Assembly: GCF_964355755.1 (NCBI RefSeq)
Contig: NC_092673.1
Span: 18,659,648-18,723,647 of the forward strand
DNA length: 64,000 bases
Direction of reading: 5' to 3'
Source: Antedon mediterranea
Taxonomy: Eukaryota; Animalia; Echinodermata
This document shows, one piece after another, positions 15,001 to 29,100 of this stretch; position 1 is the first letter of the stretch, and every line of letters begins with the position of its first letter. Made by a program: the position numbers and the translations under genes. The notes under the pieces were generated by a model that worked only from the letters and a program-made list of their open reading frames with translations, did no database searches and was not told where the DNA came from.

Positions 15001-16529
15001 CGTGAATGTAGCAATTTCGGAAGGAAATTATCTCAGCAGAAACATATTAACGTGTAGAAGAAATTTGAATACGTGAAATATTAATGCGCGCTCTTTTAAA
15101 TGTAATGAACTATAACGCAAAAGATGAAAATATGACTTTGTTTATTTAACTGGCCATATGTTGACGTCACAACATCTGATTGGCAAAAAGTTCACATGAT
15201 TTTGTATCTACAATACAATAGCTTCCTGAAAACGTTTTAATCGTGATTATCACATTTTATTCTTACAAGCTATAACAGATTAAAATTTACTGTAAAGATG
15301 AAATTAATGACCAACGTAATTTAAATTTTTAGGCATGATGACGTTAAAAAAATTAAAAAAATTTTAATTCATGCAAAAGATAGTTGATTGACCAAGATTA
15401 TATTAAAATCGGGGTGAAAATGGACAACGAATAAGTGGAGATGTGCTCTATTAAATGTGATGAGCAATAACGAAAGAGACAAAAATCCTATATTTTACAT
15501 TCGTGTGGCCATACGATGACGTCACAATGTCCGGTTAGCCATATTAATGCATGATCCGATATCTACAACTCATCAACTTCCAGAATATGTAATTTAAAAA
15601 AAAGTTCTCCACGTAGTTTAGAATCTATGACTGTTTAAAAATAGGCATAATTTTGACGAATTTTTGAACTTTTTCATAAAAAAAGCACGTAAAGTATCCA
15701 ATTCAACGTGCCCGTATGACGTAATTGTAAGTCGAAATTGTTTTAAAATTGGTAAAATTACTATAAAAGGCTGGAAAAACATAATTCAATAAAAAAAAAT
15801 ACTTTTAGCGCTACGTGCGCACCACGCGCATACAATTGTTCGCGTGCGTGAGAAATTTTGACATGCTCAAAATGTCATGATCAGCGTAGAAAGTTGATAA
15901 AAAATTAATTTTGCGCATTTTGAATTTTAAATGCGCGTGCGCGCGTAACTTTGTGTAAAACACGCAATTTTTTTTCCACAGAAAGTTAGCGCATGATATA
16001 AATTAAACTTTTGCTAAGTTTCAATTTAAATTGTTATATGGTTTTCAATCTATGTTAAATACGCGAAATTCATAAAATCGCGCGTAAGTCACGTTGCGCA
16101 TTTCTGACGTCATTCACAATAGGAGATGCACAACTTCACGTGAATGGCCATATGTTGACAAAGTTATGCAATGTTATGTTTACACGTTTTTGAGATACGC
16201 GAGACACAAAAGTAGAGGAGAAATGCGCGTGCGCGCGTAACGTCTTGTAAAACATGGCATTTTTAATCCACAAAAAGTTTGCCCTTGATATGACTTAAAT
16301 TTTCACAAAGTGTCAAAACAAATTTATGCTTGGTTTTTAGTCTATGATCAATCATAAAAAATCATAAAATCGCACGTAAGTCACGTTGCGCAACTCTGAC
16401 GTCATTCAAAAATAGGAGGTGCATAACTTCACGTAAATGCCCATATGTTGACAAAGTTATGTAATGTTATGTTTACAAGTTTTTGAGATACGTGAGGCAC
16501 AAAAATGAGGGAGAAAGAAATAAGAAAAA

Positions 16530-18115
16530 ACTAGACATGAAACTCGTCACTTTGACGAGTTAGTTATCCGCACGACAAACGCCACGTGCACGTCATGCGT
16601 TAGAATTTTGCACACAGAAAAAGATTATGGCATTATGACCTGATCTGAAGAATATAATATGTTGTTAGTGCTGAATTCTATCAATTTTGTGTCATATAGT
16701 ACAGTATAAACAGTATAATCTGTATACATATTACATACAGTGTAGAATAGGTGAAATTACGGGACCCGCCATTTATTCCATTTTTTAACATGGCGACGGT
16801 ATCAAAATAAAACACTAAAATAACAATTTCGGAAGGATATTATCTCAGCAACAACATATTAGCGAGTAGAAGAAATTTGAATACGTAAAATATAGATGCG
16901 CGCCCTTTTAAATGTGATGAAATATTACGCAAAATATGAAAATACGCCTTTTTTTATTCAACTGGCCATATGATGACGTCACAACATCCGATTGGCAAAA
17001 TGTTTACATGAATTCGTATCTACAATCCCTTAGCTTTCAGAAAACGTTTTAATCATGATTATCACTTTTTATTCTGATGAGCTATAACAGATTGAAATTT
17101 ACTGTAAAGATAAAAATAAGTCACCCACGTTATTTACAATTTTCGACATGATGACGTCATAAAAATTAAAATATTTTTAACTCATGCGAAAGATAGTTCG
17201 TTCACCTAGACAATATCAAAATCGGGGTGAAAATAAAAAATGGATAAGTGGAGATGCGCTCTATTAAATGTGATGCGCTATGACGAAAGATATAAAAATC
17301 CTATATTTTATATTCGCGTGGCCATACGATGACCTTATAATGTCCGATTAGCCATATTAAAGCATGATTCCATATCTACAACTCATCAACTTCCAGAATT
17401 TATAATTTAAAAAAAGTTCACCTCGTAGTTTAGAATCTATGAATGTTTAAAAAAAGGCATAATTTTGACAAATTTTGACAAATTTTTGAACTTTTTCATC
17501 AAAAACGCACGTAAATTATCCAATTGGATGTGCCCGTATGACGTAATTTTAGGTCAAAATTGTTCAAAAGTTGGTAAAATTACTAGAAAAGGCTGGAAAA
17601 ACATGAATCACGCGAAAAAAATTTATTTTCAACGCTACGTGCGCACCGTGCGAGTAAAAATATGCGCGCGCGTGGGATTTTTTGACTTGCTCAAAATGAC
17701 ATGAAACGCGTAGAAAGTTGATTAGAAATTGATTTTTCGCATTTTGAAATTTTAAACGCCCGCGCGCGCGTAACTTCGTGTGAAACATGCCATTTTTTTT
17801 CCACAGTCAGTTAGCGCGAGATATAAGTTAAACTTTTGTTAAGTTTCAATTTAAATTGCTATATGGTTTTCGATCTATGTTAAATACGCGAAATTCGTTA
17901 AAACGCGCGTAAATCACGTTGCGCAATTCTGACGTCATTCACAATAGGAGGTGCACAATTTCACGTGAATGCCCAAATGTTGACAAAGTTATAAAATGTT
18001 TTGTTTACAAGTTTTTGAGATACGCGAGACACAAAATTGACAGAAAGAAAGAATAATACAGAAAAAGATGATTTCATACAGTTACAAGGAGTTATCCGCT
18101 ACTAAGCGGATAACT
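16530..18115 (-). mobile_element. Complete HINE family-1 copy (~1.6 kb) inserted in the poly(A) tract of another copy
   Basis: Both termini intact; flanked by A-runs with no TSD, i.e. a TT target on the element strand. Confidence 0.85.
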
Positions 18116-19212
18116 AAAAAAAAAAAAAAAAAAAAAAGTAACAGGACGATTACAAGGAGTTATCCGCTACTAAGCGGATAACTAATAAGATAGAAAAACT
18201 AGATTTGAACTCGTCGAGTTCGGGTTATCCGCGCATACGCAACATGCACATACTTTAAACTATATGAACCTCGACAATTATTATGCCATCCTATGACATG
18301 AAATAAATATTTTTACAGTGCTGAATTGTACCTATTTTGTAGCATACATCATGTTACAGTATTTACAGAATACACTGTATGTTATATACAGTGTAGCATA
18401 GACGGAATTTCGAGACCCATCTTTTAAATCCAATTATTAACACGATGACTCATCAAATTGACATAAAAATAACAATTTTAGAAGATAATTATCTAATTAA
18501 TTACATTAATACAAATTTAAAGAATTTTGGTCACGTAAAAGTGAGATGCGCTCTCGTTTAAACGCAATGAACTTTTACGCAAGAGGTGAAAATATGACTT
18601 TTTGAATTCAACTGGCCATATGATGACGTCACATTTTTTTCCACAGAAAGTTAGCGCATGATATAAATTAAACTTTTGCTAAGTTTCAATTTAAATTGTT
18701 ATATGGTTTTCAATCTATGTTAAATACGCGAAATTCATAAAATCGCGCGTAAGTCACGTTGCGCATTTCTGACGTCATTCACAATAGGAGATGCACAACT
18801 TCACGTGAATGGCCATATGTTGACAAAGTTATGCAATGTTATGTTTGCACGTTTTTGAGATACGCGAGACACAAAAGTAGAGGAGAAATGCGCGTGCGCG
18901 CGTAACGTCTTGTAAAACATGGCATTTTTAATCCACAAAAAGTTTGCCCTTGATATGACTTAAATTTTCACAAAGTGTCAAAACAAATTTATGCTTGGTT
19001 TTTAGTCTATGATCAATCATAAAAAATCATAAAATCGCACGTAAGTCACGTTGCGCAACTCTGACGTCATTCAAAAATAGGAGGTGCACAACTTCACGTA
19101 AATGCCCATATGTTGACAAAGTTATGAAATGTTATGTTTACAAGTTTTTGAGATACGTGAGGCACAAAAATGAGGGAGAAAGAAATAAGAAAAAAAAAAA
19201 AAAAAAAAAAAA

Positions 19213-20793
19213 ACTAGACATGAAACTCGTCACATTGACGAGTTAGTTATCCGCACCACGACAAACGCCACGTGCACGTCATAAGTTGGAATATTGCACA
19301 CAGATAAAGATTATGGAATTATGACAAGAACTGAAGAATATGATATGCTGTTAGTGCTGAATTCTGTCAGTTTTGTGTCATATAGTATATACGGTACATG
19401 CAAACAGTATAATCTGTATACATATTACATACAGTGTAGAATAGGTGAAATTACGGGACCCGCCATTTATTGCAATTTTTAACATGGCGACGGTATCAAA
19501 ATGAAACACTTAGATAACAATTTCAGAAGGAAATAATCTCAGGAACAACATATTAACGTGTAGAAGAAATTTGAATACGTAAAATATAGATGCGCACCCT
19601 TTTAAATGTGATGAACTATTACGCAAAATATGAAAATATGACTTTTTTTATTCAACTGGCAATATGATGACGTCACAACATCCGATTGGCAAAATGTTTA
19701 CATGAATTCGTATCTACAATCCTATAGCTTCCAGAAAACGTTTTAATCGTGATTATCACATTTTATTCTGATGAGCTATAACAGATTAAAATTTACTGTA
19801 AAGATAAATATAAGTGACCCACGTTATTTACATTTTTAGACATGATGACGTCATAAAAATTAAAAAATTTTTACTCTTGCGTAAGATAGTTGATTGACCT
19901 AGAAAATTTCAAAATCTGGGTTAAAATGGAATACTGTTAAGTGGAGAGGCGCTCTATTAAATGAGATGCGCTATGACGAAAGATACAAAAATCCTATATT
20001 TTATATTCGCGTGGCCACACGATGACGTCACAATGTCCGGTTTGCCATATCAATGCATGATTCCTTATCTACAACTTATCTTCCTGGATATGTAATTTAA
20101 ACAAAGTTCACCTCGTAGTTTAGAATCTATGATTGTTTAAAAAAAGGTATAATTTTGACAAATTTTTGAACTTTTTCCTCAAAAACGCACATAAATTATC
20201 CAATTCGACGTGCCCGTATGACGTAATTTGAAGTCGAAATTGTTTCAAAGTTGGTAAAATTACTTAATAAAAGGCTTGAAAACATAAATCACGAGAGAAA
20301 AATTGTTTTCAACGCTACGTTCGCACCGCGCGTGGGAATTTTTTACATGCTTAAAATGACATGAAACGCGTAGAAAGTTGATTAGAAATTGATTTTTCGC
20401 AATTTGAAATTTTAAACGCGCGTGCGCGCGTAACTTCGTGTGAAACATGCCATTTTTCCCCCATAGTCAGTTAACGCAAGATATAACTTAAACTTTTTTT
20501 CAGTTTCAATTTAAATAGTTATATTGTTTTCGATCTATGTTAAAAACGCGAAATTCGGAAAAACGCGCGCAAGTCATGTTGCGCAACTCTGACGTCTTTC
20601 AAAAATAGGAGGTGCACAATTTCAGGTAAATGCCCACATGTTGACAAAGTTATGAAATGTTATGTTTACACATTTTTTAGTTACGCGAGACACAAAAATG
20701 ACAGAAAGAAAGAAGAATACAGAAAAAAAAAAAAAAAAAAAAGATGATGAAACAGGACAGTTACAAGGAGTTATCAGCTCAATGCGGATAACT
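19213..20793 (-). mobile_element. Complete HINE family-1 copy (~1.6 kb) inserted in a poly(A) tract
   Basis: ACTAG/hairpin end at 19213 and palindromic end AGTTATCAGC-tcaat-GCGGATAACT at 20793. Confidence 0.85.
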
Positions 20794-20858
20794 AAAAAGT
20801 AACAGGACGATTACAAGGAGTTATCCGCTACTAAGCGGATAACTAATAAGATAGAAAA

Positions 20859-22431
20859 ACTAGATTTGAACTCGTCGAGTTCGGGTTATCCGCGCATACG
20901 CAACATGCACATACTTTAAACTATATGAACCTCGACAATTATTATGCCATCCTATGACATGAAATAAATATTTTTACAGTGCTGAATTGTACCTATTTTG
21001 TAGCATACATCATGTTACAGTATTTACAGAATACACTGTATGTTATATACAGTGTAGCATAGACGGAATTTCGAGACCCATCTTTTAAATCCAATTATTA
21101 ACACGATGACATCATCAAATTGACATAAAAATAACAATTTTAGAAGATAATTATCTAATTGATTACATTAATACAAATTTAAAGAATTTTGGTCACGTAA
21201 AAGTGAGATGCGCTCTCGTTTAAACGCAATGAACTTTTACGCAAGAGGTGAAAATATGACTTTTTGAATTCAACTGGCCATATGATGACGTCACAACATC
21301 TGATTGACAAACTATTCACATGAATTCGTATCTACAATCCAATAGCTTCAAGAAAACGTTTTAATAATGATTATCACTTATAACTCTGACGAGCTATAAC
21401 CGATTGAAATTTACTGTAAAGATAAAAATAAGTGACCCACGTTATTTACATTTTTAGACATGATGACGTCATAAAAATTAAAATATTTTTAACTCATACG
21501 AGAGATAGTTGATTGACCTAGACAGTATTAAAATATATGAGGAAATGGAATACGTATAAGCGATATGCGCTCTATTTAATGTAATGAGCAATAACGAAAC
21601 AGTAAAAAATCCAATATTTTACATTTGTGTGGCCATACGATGACGTCATAACATCCGAGGGGTAAAGATTCTGCATGAATTCATATCTACAACATATCTG
21701 CTTACATATTAAATTTTAAAAAATGGGGGTAACGGTTGATCCTGAGGAGCTATAATAGATTCAAAGTAGGCATAATTTTGACAATATTTTGTCTTTTTTT
21801 GCAACTAAAACGCACGCAAATTGTCTAAATCAACGTGTTCGTATGACGTCATTTTAATTTGAAATGATGTCAATCTTTTTTAAAATGACTAGGAAAGGCT
21901 GGAAAATCATAATTCAAGAGAAAAAAACATGATTTTCATGCACCGTGCGCACCATACGCGTAAATTTTTTCGCACGCGCGGGAATTTTTGACATGCTCAA
22001 AATGTCATGATCAGCGTAGAAAGTTGATTAGAAATTAATTTTGCGCATTTTGAAACTTTAAATGCGCGTGCGCGCGTAACTTCTTGTAAAACATGTCATT
22101 TTTAATCCATAGAAAATTGACCCATGATATGAATTATAATTTTATTAAGTTTCATGAAACAATATTTGTTGGTTCTAAAGTTATGATCAGTTATAGAAAT
22201 TCATAAAATCGCGCGTAACTTACGCAACGCGTATCTGACATCGTCCAAAAGCTTGGCTGCACATCTACCCTTCAATGTCAATCTTTTTACCAAGTTATAC
22301 AAAGTTATGTTCACAAGCAATAGAGATATGCTGGTCACAAAATCCGGGAAAGAAAGATTAACAAAGAAGATGAAAAAAAAAGATATTTACAATCACATAT
22401 GGGTTATCCTGCAACTAAGTTGCGGATAACC
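20859..22431 (-). mobile_element. HINE family-1 subtype B copy with collapsed 3' hairpin
   Basis: ACTAGATTTGAACTCGTCGAGTTCGGGTTATCCGC ... GGTTATCCTGCAAC-taa-GTTGCGGATAACC. Confidence 0.8.
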
Positions 22432-23069
22432 AAAAAAAAAAAGATCCTTACAATAACAAGGGGTTATCCGCCAAGTGCGGATAACCAACTAGATTTGAAC
22501 TCGTCACTTTGACTAGTTCGGGTTATCCGCGCAAACGCAACCATGCACATACTTAACCATTTGAACCTCGACAATTATTATGCCATCCTATGACATGAAA
22601 TAAATATGTTTACAGTGCTGAATTGTACCTATTATGTAGCATATCATATTACAGTATTTTACAGAATAAACTGTATATGTTATATACAGTGTAGCATAGA
22701 CGAAATTACGAGACCCATCTTTTAAATCCAATTATTAACACAATGACGTCATCAAATTGAAATTTTAAACGTGCGTGCGCGCGTAACTTTTTGTGAAACA
22801 TGCCATTTTTAATCCATAGAAAGTTTGCTCTTGATATGACTTAAATTTTCACCAAGCGTCAATATAAAATGACTTTTGGTTTTTAATCTATGATCAATCA
22901 TTGAAATTCATAAAATTGCGCGTAACTTACGCTGCGCGACTCTAAAGTAAAAAAACGAAATGTCCTGCACTTCTACAGTTAAAGGTCAATCTTCTGACAA
23001 AATTATACGATGTAATGTTGATAAGAATTTGAGATACACGTGACACAAAATTTTGGGAAAGAAAGAAGA

Positions 23070-24658
23070 ACTAGACATGTAACTCGTCACTATGACGAGT
23101 TAGTTATCCGCACGACAAACGCCACGTGCACGTCATACGTTGGAATATTCCACACAGAAAAAGATTATGGCATTATGACCTGAACTGATGAATATGATGT
23201 GTTGTTAGTGCTGAATTCTGTCAATTTTGTGTCATATAGTATATAGTACTTGAAACGGTATAATCTGTATACATATTACATACAGTGTAAAATAGGTGAA
23301 ATTACGGGACCCCCGTTTATTCCTATTTTTAACATGGCGACGGTATCAAAATGAAACACTAAGATAGCAATTTCGGAAGGATATTATCTCAGTAATAACA
23401 TATTAACATGTAGAAGAAATTAGAATACGTAAAATATAGATGCGCGCTCTTTTAAATGTGATGAACTATGACGCAAAAGATGAAAATACGACTTTTTTTA
23501 TTCAACTGGCCATATGATGACGTCACAACGTCGGATTGGAAAAATGTTGACATGAATTCGTATTTACAATACAATAGCTTCCAGAAAACGTTTTAATCAT
23601 GATTACCGCTTTTTATTCTGACGAGCTATAACAGATTGAAAGTTACTATAAAGATGAAAATAAGTGACCCACGTTATTTACATTTTTAGACATGATGACG
23701 TCAAAAAAATTAAAATATTTTTAACCCATGCGAAAGGTAGTTGATTGACCTAAAAAATATCAAAATCTGGGTTAAAATGAAAAAAGGGTAAGGGGAGATG
23801 CGCTCTATTAAATGTGATGCTCTATGACGAAAGATACAAAAATCCTATATTTTATATTCGCATGGCCATACGATCACGTCAAAATATCCTGTTAGCAATA
23901 TTGATGCATGATACGATATCTACAACTCATCATCTTCCAGAATACGTAATAAAAATAACTTTTACCGTTTAGTTTAGAAACTAAGACTGTTTTAAAAAAG
24001 GTATAATTTTGACAAATTTTAAGGAATTTTTGAACTTTTTCATCAAAAACGTACGTAAATTATCCAATTCGACGTGCTCGTATGACGTTAATTTTAAGTC
24101 AAAATTGTTTAAAAGTTGGTAAAAGTACTTGAAAAGGCTGGAAAAACATAAATCACGAGAACAAAATTGTTTTCAACGCTACGTGCGCACAGCGCGCGTA
24201 AAAATATGCGCTCGTGTGGGAATTTTTGACATGCTCAAAATGACATAAAACGCGTAGAAAGTTGATTAGAAATTGATTTTTCGCACTTTGAAATTTTAAA
24301 CGCGCGTGCGCGCGTAACTTCGTGTGAAACATGCCATTTTTTTCCCACAGTCAGTTAGCGCAAGATATAACTTAAAGTTTTTCTAAGTTTCAAATTAAAA
24401 TGTTATATGGTTTTCGATCTATGTTAAGTACGCGAAATTCATAAAAACGCGCGTAAGTCACGTTGCGCAACTCTGACGTCATTCACAATAGCAGGTGCAC
24501 AAATTCACGTGAATGCCCACATGTTGAAAAAGTTATAAAATGTTATGTTTTTGAGTTACGCGTGACACAAAAATGACAGAAAGAAAGAAGAATACAGAAA
24601 AAAAAAAGATGATGAAACAGGACAGTTACAAGGAGTTATCCGCTGAATGCGGATAACT
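23070..24658 (-). mobile_element. Complete HINE family-1 copy nested in an internally deleted subtype B copy
   Basis: ACTAGACATGTAACTCGTCACTATGACGAGTT ... AGTTATCCGC-tgaat-GCGGATAACT. Confidence 0.85.
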
Positions 24659-25246
24659 AATAACATAGAAAAAAAAAAAAAAAAAAAAAGATCCTGACAA
24701 TAACAAGAGGTTATCCGCCAAGTGCGGATAACCAAAAAAAAAAAAAAGATCCTTACAATAACAAGGGGTTATCCGCCAAGTGCGGATAACCAAAAAGATG
24801 ATGATGATGATTTCGTACAATCACAAGGAGTTATCCTGCAACTTTGTTGCGGATAACTAACAAAGAAGATGATGAAGAAAAAAAAAGATATTTACAATCA
24901 CATGGGTTATCCTGCAACTAAGTTGCGGATAACCAATTAAAAACCTGCTCCCTCCCTTACCTTACAAAAAATGCTTCTGTCAGTCTATCCACCTAATTAT
25001 GAACATGGCCTTAAAGAAATCCTTTTCCAACCTAGGGTCTTTTTGTGCAAACATTTTGCCACAAAATGAAGAGAAATGTAAACAATGTTTTGTTAGTTTT
25101 CAAAATCTAAATTGTTTGAGTAATGCAATTTAAAAAAGAAAGGTAATATGAAATTATTCTTTTCAAACTGAATGCTTTTAAGAAAAGTTCCGTCTTTTAT
25201 CTTATGACTTTTTTGGAAAAATGATTTCTCGTTAAAATATAATATA

Positions 25247-25671
25247 CTAGTAAGTGCTCACAGATGCTTCTCGAATACATAAACTTTGGTAAATAACTGA
25301 AAATTGCACTGTACACAAGGCAAATGAATACAGATATGATGGAATTTATGTAGTCAAATATAATTGTCATCCTGAGAATTACCTTAATGTTGTTTATTAC
25401 ATGGTATTGTTCACCAAATTCCTGTCTTGGTACATTTGATGATGGGATGGTATCAGGCTTCATGATATCATATGATTTTCATCGAGGCAATATGGTTCAA
25501 ACTAAATTTGTTATCGTTAATATCTAACTTAACTTAATTATGATATTGGTTTCATTGGGTGTTAAAAATCAGTACTGAAAGTATTTACCAACTTTCTCTA
25601 CCATTGAGTATAAATTCTAGAAGTTGCACTTAATTTACTGAAATTTCCCATTACCTAAATTTATATGTAAA
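25247..25671 (-). mobile_element. Old internally deleted Helitron present in every repeat unit (first copy shown)
   Basis: Reverse-complement similarity to both ends and an internal patch of the Helitron at 46487-47764 (CTAG...CAGATGCTTCTCGAATACA; ATTTATGTAGTCAA; CAGTAC.GAAAGTA..TACCAACTTT; TTAC.TAAATTTATAT.TA). Confidence 0.75.
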
Positions 25672-25992
25672 TTCATTATACTGTACTGCTTATTGGCCTC
25701 ATATTTTTAACATCTAAACATTTGTTTGTACAATTTTATGTAATATGTATTTTATTAATGTTTACATTTTGTGATTGATATTGTACAGTAAGTAGATTTT
25801 AATGATTACTTACATTAAGTAATAGGCTAACAATTACTAGATCTGATCCATGGTAATATATTATATTTGTTTTCATTTATCAATAATTAACAATTAGGAT
25901 TATTTACCACATTATTTACAGCAGCAAAAAACAAACAGTTCACATAATGTCTGTTGTCAGTATTTATAAACTTCATTATGATTCCTTTCCAG

Positions 25993-26103
25993 GATGGTGA
26001 CACTCTATTACATTCATATCTGGGGAATGAATATACACCTATTACCTTAGAGATAGTGATGTGTCTCATTCAGCATGGGGCACCAGTAGCATTGCAAAAT
26101 AAG
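25993..26103 (+). CDS. Ankyrin exon A1: DGDTLLHSYLGNEYTPITLEIVMCLIQHGAPVALQNK
   Basis: ttcctttccAG acceptor, GTaaat donor, 111 nt, phase 0-0. Confidence 0.9.
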
Positions 26104-29100
26104 GTAAATGTACAGGGATTTGCTAGTGTAATAAGCTAACATTCTATAGATATGCTGAAGTAAACCATTTAATGAGAGAAAAAAGTAAGCACATTAACAA
26201 AAATCAAATTTGATGTAAACAAACCAAATAAAAAAATAACTCAATAGTTTATATGATTTATGATAACAAACAAATTTAAAGTATACAGTTACCTATCACA
26301 TAACATACATCTTTAATTTTCTTAATGAACAAAAAAATCTACTTTTTTTATATGTTCAGGTGAATCAGTATAATTTTGTTTACATATTTTTGACCGTAAA
26401 ACAAATATAAATTGCTCATATGTAGCTGTAAAGATAGCAATGATTGACAATGGTCTAAACAACTAAAAATGTTTATGTTAAAAAAATTAATAGAATCTGA
26501 TTTTAATAAAAAATAATTATTAATTAAAAACCTGCTCCCTCCCTTACCTTACAAAAAATGCTTCTGTCAGTCTATCCAGCTAATTATAAACATGGCCTTA
26601 AACTACATCTGGAGATCCGTTTCCAACCAGGATCTTTTTGTGAAAACATTTTGCCACAAAAGGAAGAGAAATGTAAATAATGTTTAGCCTTTAGTTTGTG
26701 GTTTCCAAAATGTTTGAGCAATGCAATTTAAAAAAGAGAGCTAAAATGAAATTATTCTTTTCAAACTGAATGCTTTAAGAACAGTTCCGTCTCTTATCTT
26801 ATGACTTTTCGGGGAAAAATGACATTATTAAAGTTGATATATAAAATTTGATACTAGTAAGTGTCAATAGATGGTTCTTAAATACATGACCTTTGGTAAA
26901 TAACTGAAAATTGTTTAAGTACAAAGCAAATAAATACAGATATGTTGGAATTTATGTATAGATTATTAATTGTTAATAACCTGCTCCCGCCCTTTACTTA
27001 CTTTACTTTACTTTAATAAAATACTTCTGTCAGTCTTATCACATACAGCCAGTATGAATATGGCCTTAAAGAGATCCTTTTCCAAACAAACATTTTGCAC
27101 AAAAGGAAGAGAAATGTAAATAATGTTTAGTTTAGTAAAAATGTTTGAGCAATGCAATTTCAAAAAGAAATCTAATATGAAATTATTCTTTTCAAACAGT
27201 GCCGTATCTTATCTTTTGTCTTTTTGGAAAAAAATTATTCTATTAAAGTTGCCAGTTAAAATTTGATATACTGGTAATTAAGTGCCCACAGATGGTTCTT
27301 TCGAATACATAAACTTTGGTAAATAACTGAAAATTGTCTAAGTCGCACTGTACACAAAGCAAATAAATACAGATATGATGGAATTTATGTATTCAAATAT
27401 AATTGTCATCCTGAGAATTACCTTAATTTTGTTTATGACATGGTATTGTTCAACAAATTCCTGTCTTGGTACATTTGATGATGGGATGGTATCGGGCTTC
27501 ATGATATGATATGATTTTCATCGAGGCAAATGATTTAAACTAAATTTGTTATCGTTAATATCTAACTTAGCTTAATTTACTGAAATTTCCCATTACCTAA
27601 ATTTATATGTAAATTCATTAAACTGCTTATTGGCCTCATATTGTTAACATCTAAACATTTGTTTGTACAATTTTATAAAATACGTATTTTATTAATGTTC
27701 ACATTTTGTGATTGATATTATACAGTAAGTAGATTTTAATGATTACTTACATTAAGTAATAGGCTAACAATCACTAGATCTGCTCCATATTATATTTTGT
27801 TTTCATTTATCAATAATGATAATTAGGATTTTATCACATTATTTAGCAGTAATTGTTGTTGTTTGTATTAACAAAAAAAACAATTTCACAAGGCCATGTA
27901 AAAAAAAAATTGTTGATCATCCTTTTTTTTTAAAAAAAAAGTCAGGAGGAAGGGAGGCTTTTTTTTTTTTTTTTTTTAATTATTATCTTTAATTTTTTAT
28001 TATTATCGACTCAGCTTAGACTGGGCCGATACTTTGATCATACCATCTCCCTTTCCGGGCTTCCTATCACTGGCGTACACTGTAGGCAACGTAGGCTTAT
28101 CGCCCACGACGGATTCACCGTCGAACTTCCTCGTGTACAATTCAACATACAACTCTGATAATGTTACAACAGCCGTAACTTCGCAGCCAAACCAATCTTT
28201 AATCGGCGAACTACTACCCTCGCGGGTAATAGAAAGTACCACAAAAGACATTTAAGCTGCATAAATACGTATCAATAAAGATCTATTGTTCGCAAATCAC
28301 GTGTAAAAAGAACCCACGCTGTACAGCAGGCCAGCGAAAAAAATAAACAAAATCAAGCTAGATACCCGTATCTTGCACATGCGCATATTGATACTATCAA
28401 TAGAGGGCCAGATAATCGCGATGAATTTCTGAATTTTGTGATCGCGACGACTGATCTGAGGTTGAAAAACGGGATTTTCGTCCGGATTTTCACGGTTTAA
28501 AAAAAAAAAAAAAATAAATGAGGCGGGCCGATTTTCGATGTCGGGCGAGGACGATCAACAACCTTTTTTTTTACATGGCCTAATGTCTGTTGTCAGTATT
28601 TATAAACTTAATGATTATTATTCCTTTCCAGAATGGTGACACTCCATTACATTCATATCTGGGGAGTATATATATTGCACCTACCTTAGAAATAGTGACA
28701 TGTCTCATTCAGCATGGGGCACCAGTAGCATTGCAAAATAAGGTAAATGTACAGGGATTTGCTAGTGTAATAAGCTAACATTCTATAGATCTGCTGAAGT
28801 AAACCATTTAATGAGAGAAAAAAGTAAGCACATTAACAAAAATGAATTTTGATTAAAACAAACCAAATAAAAAAATAACTAAATAGTTATATATGATTTA
28901 TGATAACTGATTAAAAGTGTACAGTTACCTATCATATAACATAAATCTTTAATTTTCTTAATGAACAAAAAAATCTATTTTTTTTATATATTCAGTTATT
29001 AATTAACAATTATTGACAATGGTCTAATTAATTGTAAATATGAAATAAATAAAATGTGACAACTACTAAACAACTAAAAAATGTTAATGATAAAAAAATT

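Larger units (their letters stand above)
12630..24934 (-). mobile_element. Cluster of tandem and nested HINE family-1 elements (8 3' ends, 13 5' ends)
   Basis: 3' ends (ACTAG + hairpin + GTTATCCGC) at 13569, 14724, 16530, 18198, 19213, 20859, 22488, 23070; 5' palindromes (e.g. AGTTATCCGC-tactaa-GCGGATAACT) end near 13501, 13567, 18115, 18183, 20793, 20844, 22431, 22486, 24658, 24733, 24791, 24858, 24934, each next to a GAA/A-rich tract. Confidence 0.88.

Noticed and set aside
13470-24934. Terminal hairpins as rho-independent terminators or attC-like cassette sites
   Set aside because: Eukaryotic context; they are the palindromic subterminal repeats of the HINE elements
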